DNA of 64,000 nt. It comes from an uncultured Anaeroplasmataceae bacterium (GTDB taxonomy: Bacteria; Bacillota_I; Bacilli_A; Acholeplasmatales; Anaeroplasmataceae). The notes below the pieces were generated by a model. That model was given only the letters and a program-made list of their open reading frames with translations. It was not told where the DNA came from and searched no databases. Both the position numbers and the translations under genes were made by a program. The stretch is taken from positions 57,376 to 121,375 of the forward strand of contig CAJTTN010000006.1 of assembly GCA_910579215.1 (NCBI GenBank), written 5' to 3'. The number at the start of each line of letters is the position of its first letter. Within the stretch, counting starts at the first letter, position 1. Shown one piece after another: positions 44,986 to 55,152 of this stretch.

Positions 44986-45861
44986 ATGTTAAAAGGAAGT
45001 ATTGTTGCTCTTATAACTCCTTTTACTGAGCAAAATGAAATAAATTATGATGAGCTTTCAAAGTTATTAGACCATCATATTGAAAATAAAACAGATGGAA
45101 TTTTATTGTTGGGAACTACTGCAGAGGCTGAAAGTCTTTCAGATGAAGAAAAGGTTTCTTTAGTTTCTTTTTCTTTAAATTATTTGAATGGAAGAATCCC
45201 TGTCATGATAGGGATTATTTCTAATCATCCAAAAAAAGTGGTAGAATTAGCTAAACTTTTTGAAAATTTTGAGTTTGATAGTTATCTTGTGAGTGCTCCT
45301 TTTTATATTAAAGGCAATACAGAGGGTATCCTTGGGCATTTTCGTTATATAGCTGATCATGTTGATAAGCCGATTGTCTTATACAATGTTCCTAAAAGAA
45401 CTGGTATGGAGATTCCATATGAGGTTGTAAGAATTTTATCTTATCATCCTAATATAATTGGAATTAAGGAAGCTTCTGGTGACATAAGCTATCAAACGAA
45501 AATCGCTTCTCTATGTAAAGAGGGATTTGTACTATATGGGGGAGATGACATGACAATGCTTGCCTCTTTAGCCTTAGGTGCTCAGGGTATGATTTCTGTT
45601 ATAGCAAATGCATATCCAAAAGAGGTTAAGCTTATTTTAGATTCCTTTTTAAAAAATATAGAAATTTCTCGTCTAGTCTTTCATAGACTTTTAATTTTAA
45701 CAGAGGATATCTTTAAGGAGACATCTCCTATCCCTGTAAAATATCTTCTTTATTTACAAGGCTTTCAAACAAAAAAGCTTAGACTACCTTTAGCAGAAGC
45801 CTCCATCCAATTAAGAAGAAAGCTTGAAGAGGATTATTTGCTTTATCAAGAGGAAGAATAA
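44986..45861 (+). CDS. dapA: 4-hydroxy-tetrahydrodipicolinate synthase
   Basis: GSIVALITPF, LLGTTAEAESLS, YNVPKRTG and GIKEASGD (the Schiff-base Lys region). Confidence 0.9.
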   Translation: MLKGSIVALITPFTEQNEINYDELSKLLDHHIENKTDGILLLGTTAEAESLSDEEKVSLVSFSLNYLNGRIPVMIGIISNHPKKVVELAKLFENFEFDSYLVSAPFYIKGNTEGILGHFRYIADHVDKPIVLYNVPKRTGMEIPYEVVRILSYHPNIIGIKEASGDISYQTKIASLCKEGFVLYGGDDMTMLASLALGAQGMISVIANAYPKEVKLILDSFLKNIEISRLVFHRLLILTEDIFKETSPIPVKYLLYLQGFQTKKLRLPLAEASIQLRRKLEEDYLLYQEEE

Positions 45862-45886
45862 TAATAACTATATAATGTATACTTTT

Positions 45887-45920
45887 TGTGATAAGATGCT
45901 TTATTTTATCACATTTTTTA
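45887..45920 (+). terminator. Rho-independent terminator
   Basis: Stem tgtgataa / ttatcaca with an 11-nt loop, followed by ttttttatt. Confidence 0.6.
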
Positions 45921-46136
45921 TTATGAAAAAGAAAGAATAAATGTGTTAAAATTTAGAAGAAAAAATTATAAAGTTTATAATAAAATAATTTGTTTAATTT
46001 CTCTTCTAAATAAAGAAATAGTGCTTTACTAAGTAAAAAAGAGTGTAGCATAAAGTAGAAAATTGTAAAACGTTTTTAATTATGATAAAAAAGTTACAAA
46101 AAAACAAAAAAAATTGGTTAGTTCGTTGGTTATTAG

Positions 46137-46165
46137 TTGATAAATCATATTAAAAAGATTATAAT
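46137..46165 (+). promoter_or_regulatory. Sigma-A type promoter of the PFOR gene
   Basis: TTGATA-17 nt-TATAAT, 40 nt upstream of the ATG. Confidence 0.55.
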
Positions 46166-46205
46166 AGAGACGTATGAAAATATTTTATCTCATTAGGAGG
46201 AAATT

Positions 46206-49200
46206 ATGAGTGAGAAAAAGAAAAGAATGGCGATAGATGGTAACTATGCTGCCGCATATGCATCTTATGCGTTTACAGAGGTTGCAGGAATCTATCCTAT
46301 TACTCCATCATCACCAATGGCGGAGTATACTGACGAATGGGCTTCTCAGGGTAAGAAAAACTTATTTGGAATGCCTGTTAAAGTTGTTGAAATGCAATCT
46401 GAAGGAGGAGCTGCTGGTACAGTTCATGGTTCACTACAGGCTGGTGCTTTAACTACAACTTATACTGCATCTCAAGGTTTATTATTAAAAATTCCTAACA
46501 TGTATAAGATTGCAGGTGAATGCTTACCTGGTGTAATTCATGTATCTGCACGTACGTTAGCTGCACAATCTCTATCTATATTTGGTGATCATCAGGATGT
46601 TATGGCATGTCGTCAAACAGGTTTTGCAATGCTATGTTCTGGTTCTGTTCAGGAGGTTATGGATTTAGGTGGTGTTGCACATTTATCTGCAATTGAATCT
46701 AGTATTCCATTCCTACATTTCTTTGATGGCTTTAGAACTTCTCATGAAGTAAATACGATTGAGCCAATTGATTATGAAGTGTTTGATAAGCTGCTTGACC
46801 GTGAGGCTGTAGCTAGATTTAGAGAAAATGCTTTGAATCCTGCGCATCCTAAAACACGTGGAACTGCACAAAACGATGACGTTTATTTTCAAACTAGAGA
46901 GCTTCAGAATTTTAAATATGAGGGCTTATATGATGTAGTAGAAAAATATATGAAAGCTATATCTAAGGCTACTGGACGTAAATATCAACCTTATACTTAT
47001 TACGGAGCAAAAGATGCTAAATATGTAATTGTTGCTATGGGTTCTGTAACAGAGTGTGCTGAAGAGGTTGTAGATTTCTTAACAGCAAGAGGAGAAAAGG
47101 TTGGTATCTTAAAGGTTCATCTTTATCGTCCATTTGTTGTAGATAAGTTCTTAAAGGCTATGCCAAAAACTGCAAAGAAAATTGCTGTTTTAGATAGAAC
47201 TATTGAGCAAGGTGCTTTATATGAGCCATTATGCTTAGATGTTAAGGCTGCATATTTTGGCGCAAAAGATGCTCCTGTGATTGTAGGTGGACGTTATGGT
47301 CTATCTAGTAAGGATACTACACCAGATATGGTTAATGCTGTATTCTCTAATTTAAAGAAATCAAAACCAAAGGATCATTTCACTCTTGGTATTTATGATG
47401 ATATTAAGTATACATCTTTAGATGTGACTGAGAAGATTGATGTTGCAGATGCAACTACAACAGAATTATTGTTCTTTGGATTAGGATCTGATGGTACTGT
47501 TGGTGCTTGTAAGAATATTTCAAAGATTGTAGGAGATTATACCTCTTTCTATTCTCAAAGCTATGCTGCATATGATTCAAAGAAGTCAGGTGGTTCTACA
47601 AGATTACATTTACGCTTCTCTAAGAATCCAATTCGTTCTACTTATTTAGTAAATAAGCCTCACTTTGTATCTTGTTCTTTAGATGCTTATCTTGATAAAT
47701 TTGATATGATTTCAGGCTTACGTGATGGTGGTACATTCTTATTAAATACAGTTGTTGATGCGAAAAATATTGAAAAGCGTCTTCCTAACCGTTATAAGAG
47801 ATTATTAGCAGAAAAGCATGCTAAATTCTATATTATTGCTGCAAATGCTGCCGCAAGAGAGTGTGGCTTCCGTCCAGGCTTAGGTGTAAATACAATTATG
47901 CAATCTGCATTCTTCAAATTAAATGAACAAATTATGGATTATGAAGAAGCAAAAGAGCATATGAAGGAATTTGCTACTAAGACCTATTTAAGAAAGGGTC
48001 AAGAATTAGTAGACCAAAACCATAAAGCAATTGACATGGGTGGTACTAAGCTAGTTGAAGTTGAGGTAAAACCTGAATGGGCTGCTTTAGAGGATGAAGA
48101 GAAGAAGGTTGATATGAAGAGACCTGCTTTCGTAAGAGAAATTGCAGATGTTATTAATGCAATTGATGGAGACTCTCTACCATTATCTGTATTTGCTAAG
48201 TATGGGGATGACTGTCATATGCCTCAAGGAACTGCTGCATATGAAAAGCGTGGAGTTGCAACCGATGTACCTCTATGGAATTCCGAAAATTGTATTCAAT
48301 GTAACCAATGTGCATTTGTATGTCCACATGCATGTATTCGTCCTTTCCTTTGTACAGAGGAAGAAGTTGCTAAAGCTCCTAAGGGTGCTCAATTCTTAGA
48401 CGCAACTGGATTTAAGGGATATAAATATACCTTACAGGTATCTACTTTAGATTGTACAGGCTGTGGTGTTTGTTTATCCGTTTGTCCTGGTAAGAAGGTT
48501 AAGGATGAGACAGGTGCTATGGTACAACGTCCTGCGTTAACTTCTCATTCTATGGCTGAATCTAACAAAAATAAAGAAGCAAAGGTTTGTGAGTATTTCT
48601 ATAATAAGGTAAGCTATAAGGGCGATTTAGCAGGAACTAATAATGCTAAGAATGTACAATTCTCTAAGCCTTTATTTGAATTCTCAGGAGCATGTGGCGG
48701 ATGTGGTGAAACTCCTTATGTTAAGGCAGTTTCTCAGTTGTTTGGAGATCGTATGCTAGTTGCTAATGCAACAGGATGTACCTCAATCTATTCTGGTTCT
48801 TATCCATCTAGTCCATATACAACAAATGCGGAAGGACGTGGACCAGCTTGGGCAAACTCTTTATTTGAAGATAATGCTGAATTTGGCTTTGGTATGCGTA
48901 TGGCTGTTGAAACCTTACGTGATAGAATTCAAAATGTTATGGCACTCAATATGGAAGAAATGCCTGTTGCAGCACAGAAGCTATGTACTGAGTGGATGGA
49001 GAATAGAACTTCTGGTGCTAAAACAAAGGAATTAGCTCCTAAAATTGTAGAAGCGATGAAGGGGATTGATGCTCCTTATGCAAAAGAAATTCTATCTTTA
49101 AAGGATTATCTAGTTAAGGTAAGCCAATGGATTATCGGTGGCGATGGTTGGGCTTATGATATTGGCTATGGTGGACTTGACCATGTTATTGCTAACAACG

Positions 49201-49784
49201 AAGATGTAAATATTTTGGTTGTTGATACTGAGGTTTACTCAAATACAGGTGGACAATCCTCTAAGTCTTCAAGAACTGGTGCTATCGCTAAATTTGCAGC
49301 TGCAGGTAAGCCAACCTTCAAGAAGGATCTAGCTTCCATTGCGATGTCCTATGGACATGTTTATGTTGCGACAGTATCTCATGGATATAATCAAAATCAA
49401 GTGATTAAGGCTTTAAAGGAGGCAGAGGCTTACAATGGACCATCTATTGTAATCTGCTACTCTCCTTGTATAGCACATAATATAAAGAAGGGCTTATATA
49501 TGAGTCAAATGGAGGCTAAGAAGGCTACAGAATGTGGATATTGGCCAACCTTCAGATATAATCCTGATTTAGCTAAGGAAGGTAAAAATCCATTCACAAT
49601 GGATTCTAAGGAGCCAGATTGGACAAAGTATAATGATTTCTTAATGAATGAGGGACGTTATGCACAATTGGTAAAGATAAATCCTGAAAAAGCACAGGAA
49701 TTACTTGAAATGAATATGAAGGATGCTCAAAAGCGTTTTGCAAATTATACACATTTAGCAAATATTGAATATCCTAATAAGTAA
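46206..49784 (+). CDS. nifJ: Pyruvate:ferredoxin (flavodoxin) oxidoreductase, single-polypeptide type
   Basis: 1192 aa. Two ferredoxin-type cluster motifs (CIQCNQCAFVCPHACIRP and CTGCGVCLSVCP). TPP-binding region GGDGWAYDIGYGGLDH. N-terminal DGNYAAAYASYAFTEVAGIYPITPSS. Confidence 0.96.
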   Translation: MSEKKKRMAIDGNYAAAYASYAFTEVAGIYPITPSSPMAEYTDEWASQGKKNLFGMPVKVVEMQSEGGAAGTVHGSLQAGALTTTYTASQGLLLKIPNMYKIAGECLPGVIHVSARTLAAQSLSIFGDHQDVMACRQTGFAMLCSGSVQEVMDLGGVAHLSAIESSIPFLHFFDGFRTSHEVNTIEPIDYEVFDKLLDREAVARFRENALNPAHPKTRGTAQNDDVYFQTRELQNFKYEGLYDVVEKYMKAISKATGRKYQPYTYYGAKDAKYVIVAMGSVTECAEEVVDFLTARGEKVGILKVHLYRPFVVDKFLKAMPKTAKKIAVLDRTIEQGALYEPLCLDVKAAYFGAKDAPVIVGGRYGLSSKDTTPDMVNAVFSNLKKSKPKDHFTLGIYDDIKYTSLDVTEKIDVADATTTELLFFGLGSDGTVGACKNISKIVGDYTSFYSQSYAAYDSKKSGGSTRLHLRFSKNPIRSTYLVNKPHFVSCSLDAYLDKFDMISGLRDGGTFLLNTVVDAKNIEKRLPNRYKRLLAEKHAKFYIIAANAAARECGFRPGLGVNTIMQSAFFKLNEQIMDYEEAKEHMKEFATKTYLRKGQELVDQNHKAIDMGGTKLVEVEVKPEWAALEDEEKKVDMKRPAFVREIADVINAIDGDSLPLSVFAKYGDDCHMPQGTAAYEKRGVATDVPLWNSENCIQCNQCAFVCPHACIRPFLCTEEEVAKAPKGAQFLDATGFKGYKYTLQVSTLDCTGCGVCLSVCPGKKVKDETGAMVQRPALTSHSMAESNKNKEAKVCEYFYNKVSYKGDLAGTNNAKNVQFSKPLFEFSGACGGCGETPYVKAVSQLFGDRMLVANATGCTSIYSGSYPSSPYTTNAEGRGPAWANSLFEDNAEFGFGMRMAVETLRDRIQNVMALNMEEMPVAAQKLCTEWMENRTSGAKTKELAPKIVEAMKGIDAPYAKEILSLKDYLVKVSQWIIGGDGWAYDIGYGGLDHVIANNEDVNILVVDTEVYSNTGGQSSKSSRTGAIAKFAAAGKPTFKKDLASIAMSYGHVYVATVSHGYNQNQVIKALKEAEAYNGPSIVICYSPCIAHNIKKGLYMSQMEAKKATECGYWPTFRYNPDLAKEGKNPFTMDSKEPDWTKYNDFLMNEGRYAQLVKINPEKAQELLEMNMKDAQKRFANYTHLANIEYPNK

Positions 49785-49801
49785 TTAAATAAGAGAATAA
49801 A

Positions 49802-49836
49802 AATGCTATTGGAGAGATCTAATAGCATTTTTTTCT
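49802..49836 (+). terminator. Rho-independent terminator
   Basis: 9-bp stem aatgctatt / aatagcatt followed by tttttttc. Confidence 0.75.
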
Positions 49837-49973
49837 TAAATGTATGAATGTCTTTCTTTTGTAAAATATAAAAATGAAGAAGCAGATCATAGAATGCTAA
49901 AAATAAAAACATTCTTTGACAAATTTATTCTTTTTTATAACAAATTATGATAAAATAAAAATTGGTGATTCGT

Positions 49974-50564
49974 ATGAAAATACTTTTAACTGGATTTAAG
50001 CCATTTGGTAAAAATAGTAGTAATCCAACATTAAAATTAATAGAAGAATTGAAAAAAAGAAGAAAAGAAAATATAGATACACTTAATCTTGAGGTTGTAT
50101 ATGGATTAGACGGAGAAAAGGCTGTGGAAAGAATAAGAGATACTCAGCCTAATCTTGTTCTTTCCTTTGGCTTGGCTGGTGGACGCGAAGCAGTTTGCTT
50201 AGAAACTCGGGCTGTAAATTCACGAGATTCTCATATGAGAGACAATCAAGGACAAATCTTTACAAATGAAAAGATTAGTGATGGCCCCTTATTTTATGAG
50301 ACAAATTTAAATGTTGAACATTTGCAAAAAAGTATAAATCTGAGAAACTTTATGATTTCTACTTCTGCAGGAACATACGTTTGTAATGATGTTTATTATC
50401 AAGAGCTTGATTACATCTATCAAAATCATTTAAATATTCTTTGTGGGTTTATTCACATTCCATATATTGAATCCAATAATGGAATGCCGTTTCTTGAGTT
50501 TGAGATAGTTTATCAATTGGTTTCTACTATAATAGATTTAATTTTGGAGGAATATGATGTTTAA
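49974..50564 (+). CDS. pcp: Pyroglutamyl-peptidase I
   Basis: ILLTGFKPFG, the catalytic Cys context SAGTYVCN, and the His context GFIHIP. Confidence 0.85.
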   Translation: MKILLTGFKPFGKNSSNPTLKLIEELKKRRKENIDTLNLEVVYGLDGEKAVERIRDTQPNLVLSFGLAGGREAVCLETRAVNSRDSHMRDNQGQIFTNEKISDGPLFYETNLNVEHLQKSINLRNFMISTSAGTYVCNDVYYQELDYIYQNHLNILCGFIHIPYIESNNGMPFLEFEIVYQLVSTIIDLILEEYDV

Positions 50565-51390
50565 AATAGGATGTCACTTATCTATAGCGAATGGATTTTT
50601 AAAAGCTGGGAAAAATATAATGGAGTTGGGTGGAAATACATTTCAGTATTTTTCTAGAAACCCTCAAGGAGGCAGAGCTAGACCATGGGATCAAAAGGAT
50701 TTTGAGGGCTTTATGCAATATGCTTCTTTTGTGGGGATAGAGGGGTTACTTTGTCATGCACCATATACCTTAAATGCCTGTTCTGCAAATCCACAAACGC
50801 GTGAATTTGCTAGAATGGTTTTTAAATCGGATTTGGAAATGTTAGAACATTTTCCTAATGCTTTATATAATTTTCATCCTGGCAGTCATACAGGACAAGG
50901 TGTTGAGATTGGGATTAAGCAAATTGTAGAAATTTTAAATGAGGTTATTACTCCCGATATGTCTACTACCATTCTTTTAGAGACTATGTCAGGAAAGGGA
51001 AGTGAAGTGGGTAGAAGCTTTGAAGAGCTTGCAGAAATTATTTCTTGTGTAGAGCATAAGGAAAAGCTAGGTGTTTGTTTAGATACCTGTCATGTTTATT
51101 CGGCAGGCTATGATATTGTAAATCATTTGGATGATGTTTTAGAGGAGTTTGATTCTATCGTTGGGCTTGAAAAATTAAAGGCAATTCATTTGAATGATTC
51201 TATGATGCCCTTTGCATCGAATAAAGACAGACATGCAAAGATAGGTGAGGGCACAATTGGATTAGATGCAATCGTTAGAATCATAAATCATCCCAAATTA
51301 AAGGATTTACCTTTTTATCTAGAGACTCCGAATGAGGATGAGGGCTATAAAAAGGAAATTACATTATTGAAAAATTGTCGAACCTATTAA
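50554..51390 (+). CDS. nfo: Deoxyribonuclease IV (endonuclease IV)
   Basis: AP-endonuclease family 2 TIM-barrel blocks: HAPYTLN, FHPGSH, LETMSGKG, CLDTCH and HLNDS...DRH. Confidence 0.9.
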   Translation: MMFKIGCHLSIANGFLKAGKNIMELGGNTFQYFSRNPQGGRARPWDQKDFEGFMQYASFVGIEGLLCHAPYTLNACSANPQTREFARMVFKSDLEMLEHFPNALYNFHPGSHTGQGVEIGIKQIVEILNEVITPDMSTTILLETMSGKGSEVGRSFEELAEIISCVEHKEKLGVCLDTCHVYSAGYDIVNHLDDVLEEFDSIVGLEKLKAIHLNDSMMPFASNKDRHAKIGEGTIGLDAIVRIINHPKLKDLPFYLETPNEDEGYKKEITLLKNCRTY

Positions 51391-51469
51391 TTTTTGTGCA
51401 AATTTTTCCTTTTATTCTTTGGCATTTTTAACTATAATAATACTATATGAGAAAAGGAGGAGTTAGCCT

Positions 51470-53218
51470 ATGTTTAAATTTATTAAGAGCCTATGGTGGT
51501 TTATCTCTAAAAACTGGTATCATTATATTGCGATTTTAATTGTAGGGTTACTCCTACCAATTTTAAATCTTGCTCCAGCAGCAATAGTAAAACTATTAAT
51601 TGATGCAGTAGGTAAAGAGGATAATATCACAATGGCTTTTTTATTATGGTATATTATTCTTCCATATGCAGTAACGATGCTATTGATTTATGTAGTTGCA
51701 ACGACAAAGAGACTATTACAAAATCGCCTAAAGATTAAATTATATTATGCTTTACAGGTTCGCTATATGGAAAACATTTTAGTTCAGGATGCAACCTTTT
51801 TTGAACGATTCCAATCTGGAGACCTATTAACGAGAGCCTTAGGAGATGTTAAAAGTGTCAATTTTAGTGGAGGAAACCGTTTATTAAATATCATTTTGGA
51901 ATTTTTGACTGTTATAGTAACTCTAGTTGCCATGATTTGGATTGATCCTGTTTTGGCTGTATTATGCTTTATTCCTTTAAGTTTTATTTTTATAGCCAAT
52001 CTGATATTAAAGAGAAAAGTAAAAAGAAATTGGCAATTGGTAAGAGAAAAATCCTCTTTAATGGGAAATGTTATTTTAGAAAGTATAACAAATGTTCGGA
52101 CAATCCGTGCTTTTTCTAAAGAAGAAGAAAATTATCAAAAGAATTTAAAGTTTTCTAAAGATACCTATGATGTGGAAAAGGCAAATTTAAAGATAAATGT
52201 AATATTTCAGCCTATGTTTCAGTCAATTGTTGCTGTTGCGACGATCATTGCCTATGGTTTAGGTGCTTATTTTTGTTATTTAGAAAAGATAGAAATACCT
52301 GAGCTTGCTCAATTTATATTATATTTAAATCTTTTCCAAGCTCCGCTAACGAATATTGGCAATATGATCAATAATTTTTATCAATCCTTGATTTCTGCTG
52401 ATCGTATTAACGAAATCTATGATTCAAAGAGTAGCGTTATAGATAAAAGTGATGAGGAAGTGGAAGAAATTAAAACCATTGAATTTAAAGATTTTTCTTT
52501 CCGATATATGGGAGATAATGATGATGTGCTAAAGCATATTAATCTTACAATTAAGGAAGGTCAAACTTTAGGTATTGTGGGAAAAACAGGAAGTGGCAAA
52601 TCCACCTTAGTACGTCAGCTTGTTAGACAGCTTCCGATTGAAGAAGGTAAATTATTTATAAATGGAGAAGAGATTGAGTCCTATGATCAGCAAGATGTTC
52701 GTAAGCATATTGGATATGTTCCGCAGGAGCATATGCTATTTTCTCGTTCTGTATTAAAAAATGTGTTGATTGGAGATTCAACTGCCTCCTTAGAGGAAGT
52801 CAATGAGGCTGTTCTTATGGCAGATTTTGAAAAAGATATTGCTGAGCTTTCAAATGGATTTGAAACAGTTGTGGGAGAATATGGAGTTACCCTATCTGGA
52901 GGGCAGAAACAAAGACTTGCCATTGCGAGAGCTTTTCTTAAAAATGCAGATGTATTAATTCTAGATGATTCCTTGTCTGCAGTAGATGGTAAAACAGAAT
53001 CTAATATTATACATTCCTTACGTAAGTTTAGATCAAAGCGTACGAATATCATAGTAGCGCATCGTCTATCTGCGGTAATGAATGCGAATCTAATTATTGT
53101 ATTAGATCAAGGAAAGATAGTTGAACAGGGTACACATGAGGAGCTTATGCAAAACAAGGGTTGGTACTATGAGCAATTCTTAGCACAACAGATGGAAGAG
53201 GGTGAAGACCATGAGTAA
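51470..53218 (+). CDS. ABC transporter permease/ATP-binding protein (exporter half, type I)
   Basis: Six-TM N-terminal domain, Walker A GKTGSGKST, signature LSGGQKQR and Walker B LILDDSLSAVD. Confidence 0.9.
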   Translation: MFKFIKSLWWFISKNWYHYIAILIVGLLLPILNLAPAAIVKLLIDAVGKEDNITMAFLLWYIILPYAVTMLLIYVVATTKRLLQNRLKIKLYYALQVRYMENILVQDATFFERFQSGDLLTRALGDVKSVNFSGGNRLLNIILEFLTVIVTLVAMIWIDPVLAVLCFIPLSFIFIANLILKRKVKRNWQLVREKSSLMGNVILESITNVRTIRAFSKEEENYQKNLKFSKDTYDVEKANLKINVIFQPMFQSIVAVATIIAYGLGAYFCYLEKIEIPELAQFILYLNLFQAPLTNIGNMINNFYQSLISADRINEIYDSKSSVIDKSDEEVEEIKTIEFKDFSFRYMGDNDDVLKHINLTIKEGQTLGIVGKTGSGKSTLVRQLVRQLPIEEGKLFINGEEIESYDQQDVRKHIGYVPQEHMLFSRSVLKNVLIGDSTASLEEVNEAVLMADFEKDIAELSNGFETVVGEYGVTLSGGQKQRLAIARAFLKNADVLILDDSLSAVDGKTESNIIHSLRKFRSKRTNIIVAHRLSAVMNANLIIVLDQGKIVEQGTHEELMQNKGWYYEQFLAQQMEEGEDHE

Positions 53219-54977
53219 ATCTAATAAAAGTTACTCTAAAACTACATTATTTAAAAAGACATTGCCTTATATCAAAAGAGAAAAATGGGTAGTCTTGTTA
53301 AGCTTACTCCTATCCATAGGAGTTGCTGTATTGACGACAATATCACCCTTGCTTACAAAACGAATTATTGATGAATTCATTCCAAATAATAATTTTGATG
53401 GTATATTAAAATATTTAATTCTTTATTTTGTGCTGATTATCATTGTTGTCATCATGCGTTATTTTGGACAATATTTTCAGACGCTTACAGGAATGCATAT
53501 TGAGCGACGTTTAAGAGAAGAGGCAATTCGTAAAATAGATTATCTACCAGTAGATTACTTTGCTTTAGAGCCAGACGGAAAAATTGTTGCTAAGATTACC
53601 TCTGATAGTAATGGAGTAAGAACCTTTTATATGACGATGTTTTCTATAGTAAACTCTTTATTAAATATAGCTATCGTCTATGTGGGCTTGATTATATTAG
53701 AACCAATTCTAGGCTTAATTATACTTGCAGTTGTTCCAATCATACTCATTTGGATTACAGTATATCGGAAAAAGGTTCATGGATATTATTTAGATTTGCG
53801 AGAAACAGGATCAAGAATTACAGGTAAATTGAATGAATTGATAAGTGGTGCCTTAATTATTCAGGATTTTAATCAAGAAGAAAATATGCTAAATGAATAT
53901 AAGGAGCTTGTGAATCGTTATAATTATAATGATAAGAAAGCTAATACAATAAATATATATTTTGGTTGGGAGCTATTGGTTGTTGTTAGAAGGCTTGCAG
54001 AGACAGGAATCTTATTTTTCTTAGGATTTCAAGCTACGCAAATAGGTGGTATTGTTGTTACTGCTGGTTTAATTACGACTTTTATAGATTATATAAGCAG
54101 AATGATTAATCCAATCAATGCAATTTTTAACAATTTAAATGAATTAGAGGATTCCTTAGTTGCTGCAAATCGCGTTTATATGTTTATGGATGAGGCTAAT
54201 GATACAAGAATTTTAGATGGTAAAGAGGCTCCAGAGACTATAGAGGGAGCTGTAGAATTTAAAAATATTAAGTTTGCATATATAGAGAATAATTATGTTT
54301 TAAAGGATTTATCCTTGAAGGTAGAAGCAGGGAAAAAGATAGGAATTGTTGGACATACAGGGAGTGGAAAATCCTCCTTAATGAATTTATTATTAGGCTA
54401 TAATGATTATCAAGAAGGAAGTCTTTTAGTAGATGGAGTTGATATTAAGGAATATAATAAAGCCTCATATCGGAAGAATCTAGGTATTGTTTTACAAACG
54501 CCAGCATTATTTGCAGGTACTATTCGTTCAAATGTAACTATGGAAAGAGATTGCTATACGGATGAGGAAATAGCTAAGGTTCTTGAAGAGGTTGGAGCTG
54601 GATATATGCTGCAAAAAAATGAATTAGGCTTAGACACGCCAATTTCATTTAAAGGAGATAACCTATCCTTAGGAGAAAAACAACTATTGTCTTTTGCAAG
54701 AATTCTCCTTAGAAAACCTAAAATTTTAGTATTGGATGAAGCGACAGCTAATATTGATAGTGAAACAGAAATAAGGATTAAACATGCTATGGATGTTGTT
54801 GCCAAAGGAAGAACAACATTTATAATCGCACATAGATTATCAACAATTAAGGATGCTGATGAAATAGTTGTTCTAGATCATGGCATTATCGCAGGACAGG
54901 GTAGTCATAGTTCATTATATCAAGAATGTCCTATTTATAAGGATATGTATGATTCACAATTTGAACAAAAATCATAA
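53211..54977 (+). CDS. ABC transporter permease/ATP-binding protein (exporter half, partner subunit)
   Basis: Six-TM domain, Walker A GHTGSGKSS, a degenerate signature LSLGEKQL and Walker B LVLDEATANID. It overlaps the upstream gene by 8 nt. The ATG behind ggaagaggg was chosen over the GTG at 53202. Confidence 0.9.
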   Translation: MSKSNKSYSKTTLFKKTLPYIKREKWVVLLSLLLSIGVAVLTTISPLLTKRIIDEFIPNNNFDGILKYLILYFVLIIIVVIMRYFGQYFQTLTGMHIERRLREEAIRKIDYLPVDYFALEPDGKIVAKITSDSNGVRTFYMTMFSIVNSLLNIAIVYVGLIILEPILGLIILAVVPIILIWITVYRKKVHGYYLDLRETGSRITGKLNELISGALIIQDFNQEENMLNEYKELVNRYNYNDKKANTINIYFGWELLVVVRRLAETGILFFLGFQATQIGGIVVTAGLITTFIDYISRMINPINAIFNNLNELEDSLVAANRVYMFMDEANDTRILDGKEAPETIEGAVEFKNIKFAYIENNYVLKDLSLKVEAGKKIGIVGHTGSGKSSLMNLLLGYNDYQEGSLLVDGVDIKEYNKASYRKNLGIVLQTPALFAGTIRSNVTMERDCYTDEEIAKVLEEVGAGYMLQKNELGLDTPISFKGDNLSLGEKQLLSFARILLRKPKILVLDEATANIDSETEIRIKHAMDVVAKGRTTFIIAHRLSTIKDADEIVVLDHGIIAGQGSHSSLYQECPIYKDMYDSQFEQKS

Positions 54978-54991
54978 TATGATTGATTAGT

Positions 54992-55026
54992 AAAAAGCTT
55001 ATTAACTATTTGTTAGTAAGCTTTTT
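54992..55026 (+). terminator. Terminator hairpin
   Basis: 15-bp stem aaaaagcttattaac / gttagtaagcttttt (one T-G pair) with a 5-nt loop. Confidence 0.6.
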
Positions 55027-55152
55027 AAAATTCTATTTTAAAAAAATAATGTCGATATTTGTAATTTTTTCGGATAAATAAAATGTTGAATATTACTATA
55101 ATTTCATATAAAATCATAGTAAAGGAATATTTATTTTAAGGAGGGCAGTACA

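Noticed and set aside
45921-46136. Long AT-rich non-coding stretch upstream of the PFOR promoter; considered as an sRNA, repeat array or degraded gene.
   Set aside because: There are no repeats of CRISPR-like regularity, no ORF longer than ~22 codons and no stable structure visible. It is most simply an AT-rich regulatory spacer.
46237-49035. Same-strand alternative-frame ORFs inside the PFOR gene (46237-46452, 48142-48399, 48760-49035). Similar cases are 25344-25592, 20238-20429, 62701-62916 and 4931-5179.
   Set aside because: They are embedded in strongly supported reading frames, and the translated products are Leu/His/Met-rich nonsense with no motifs.
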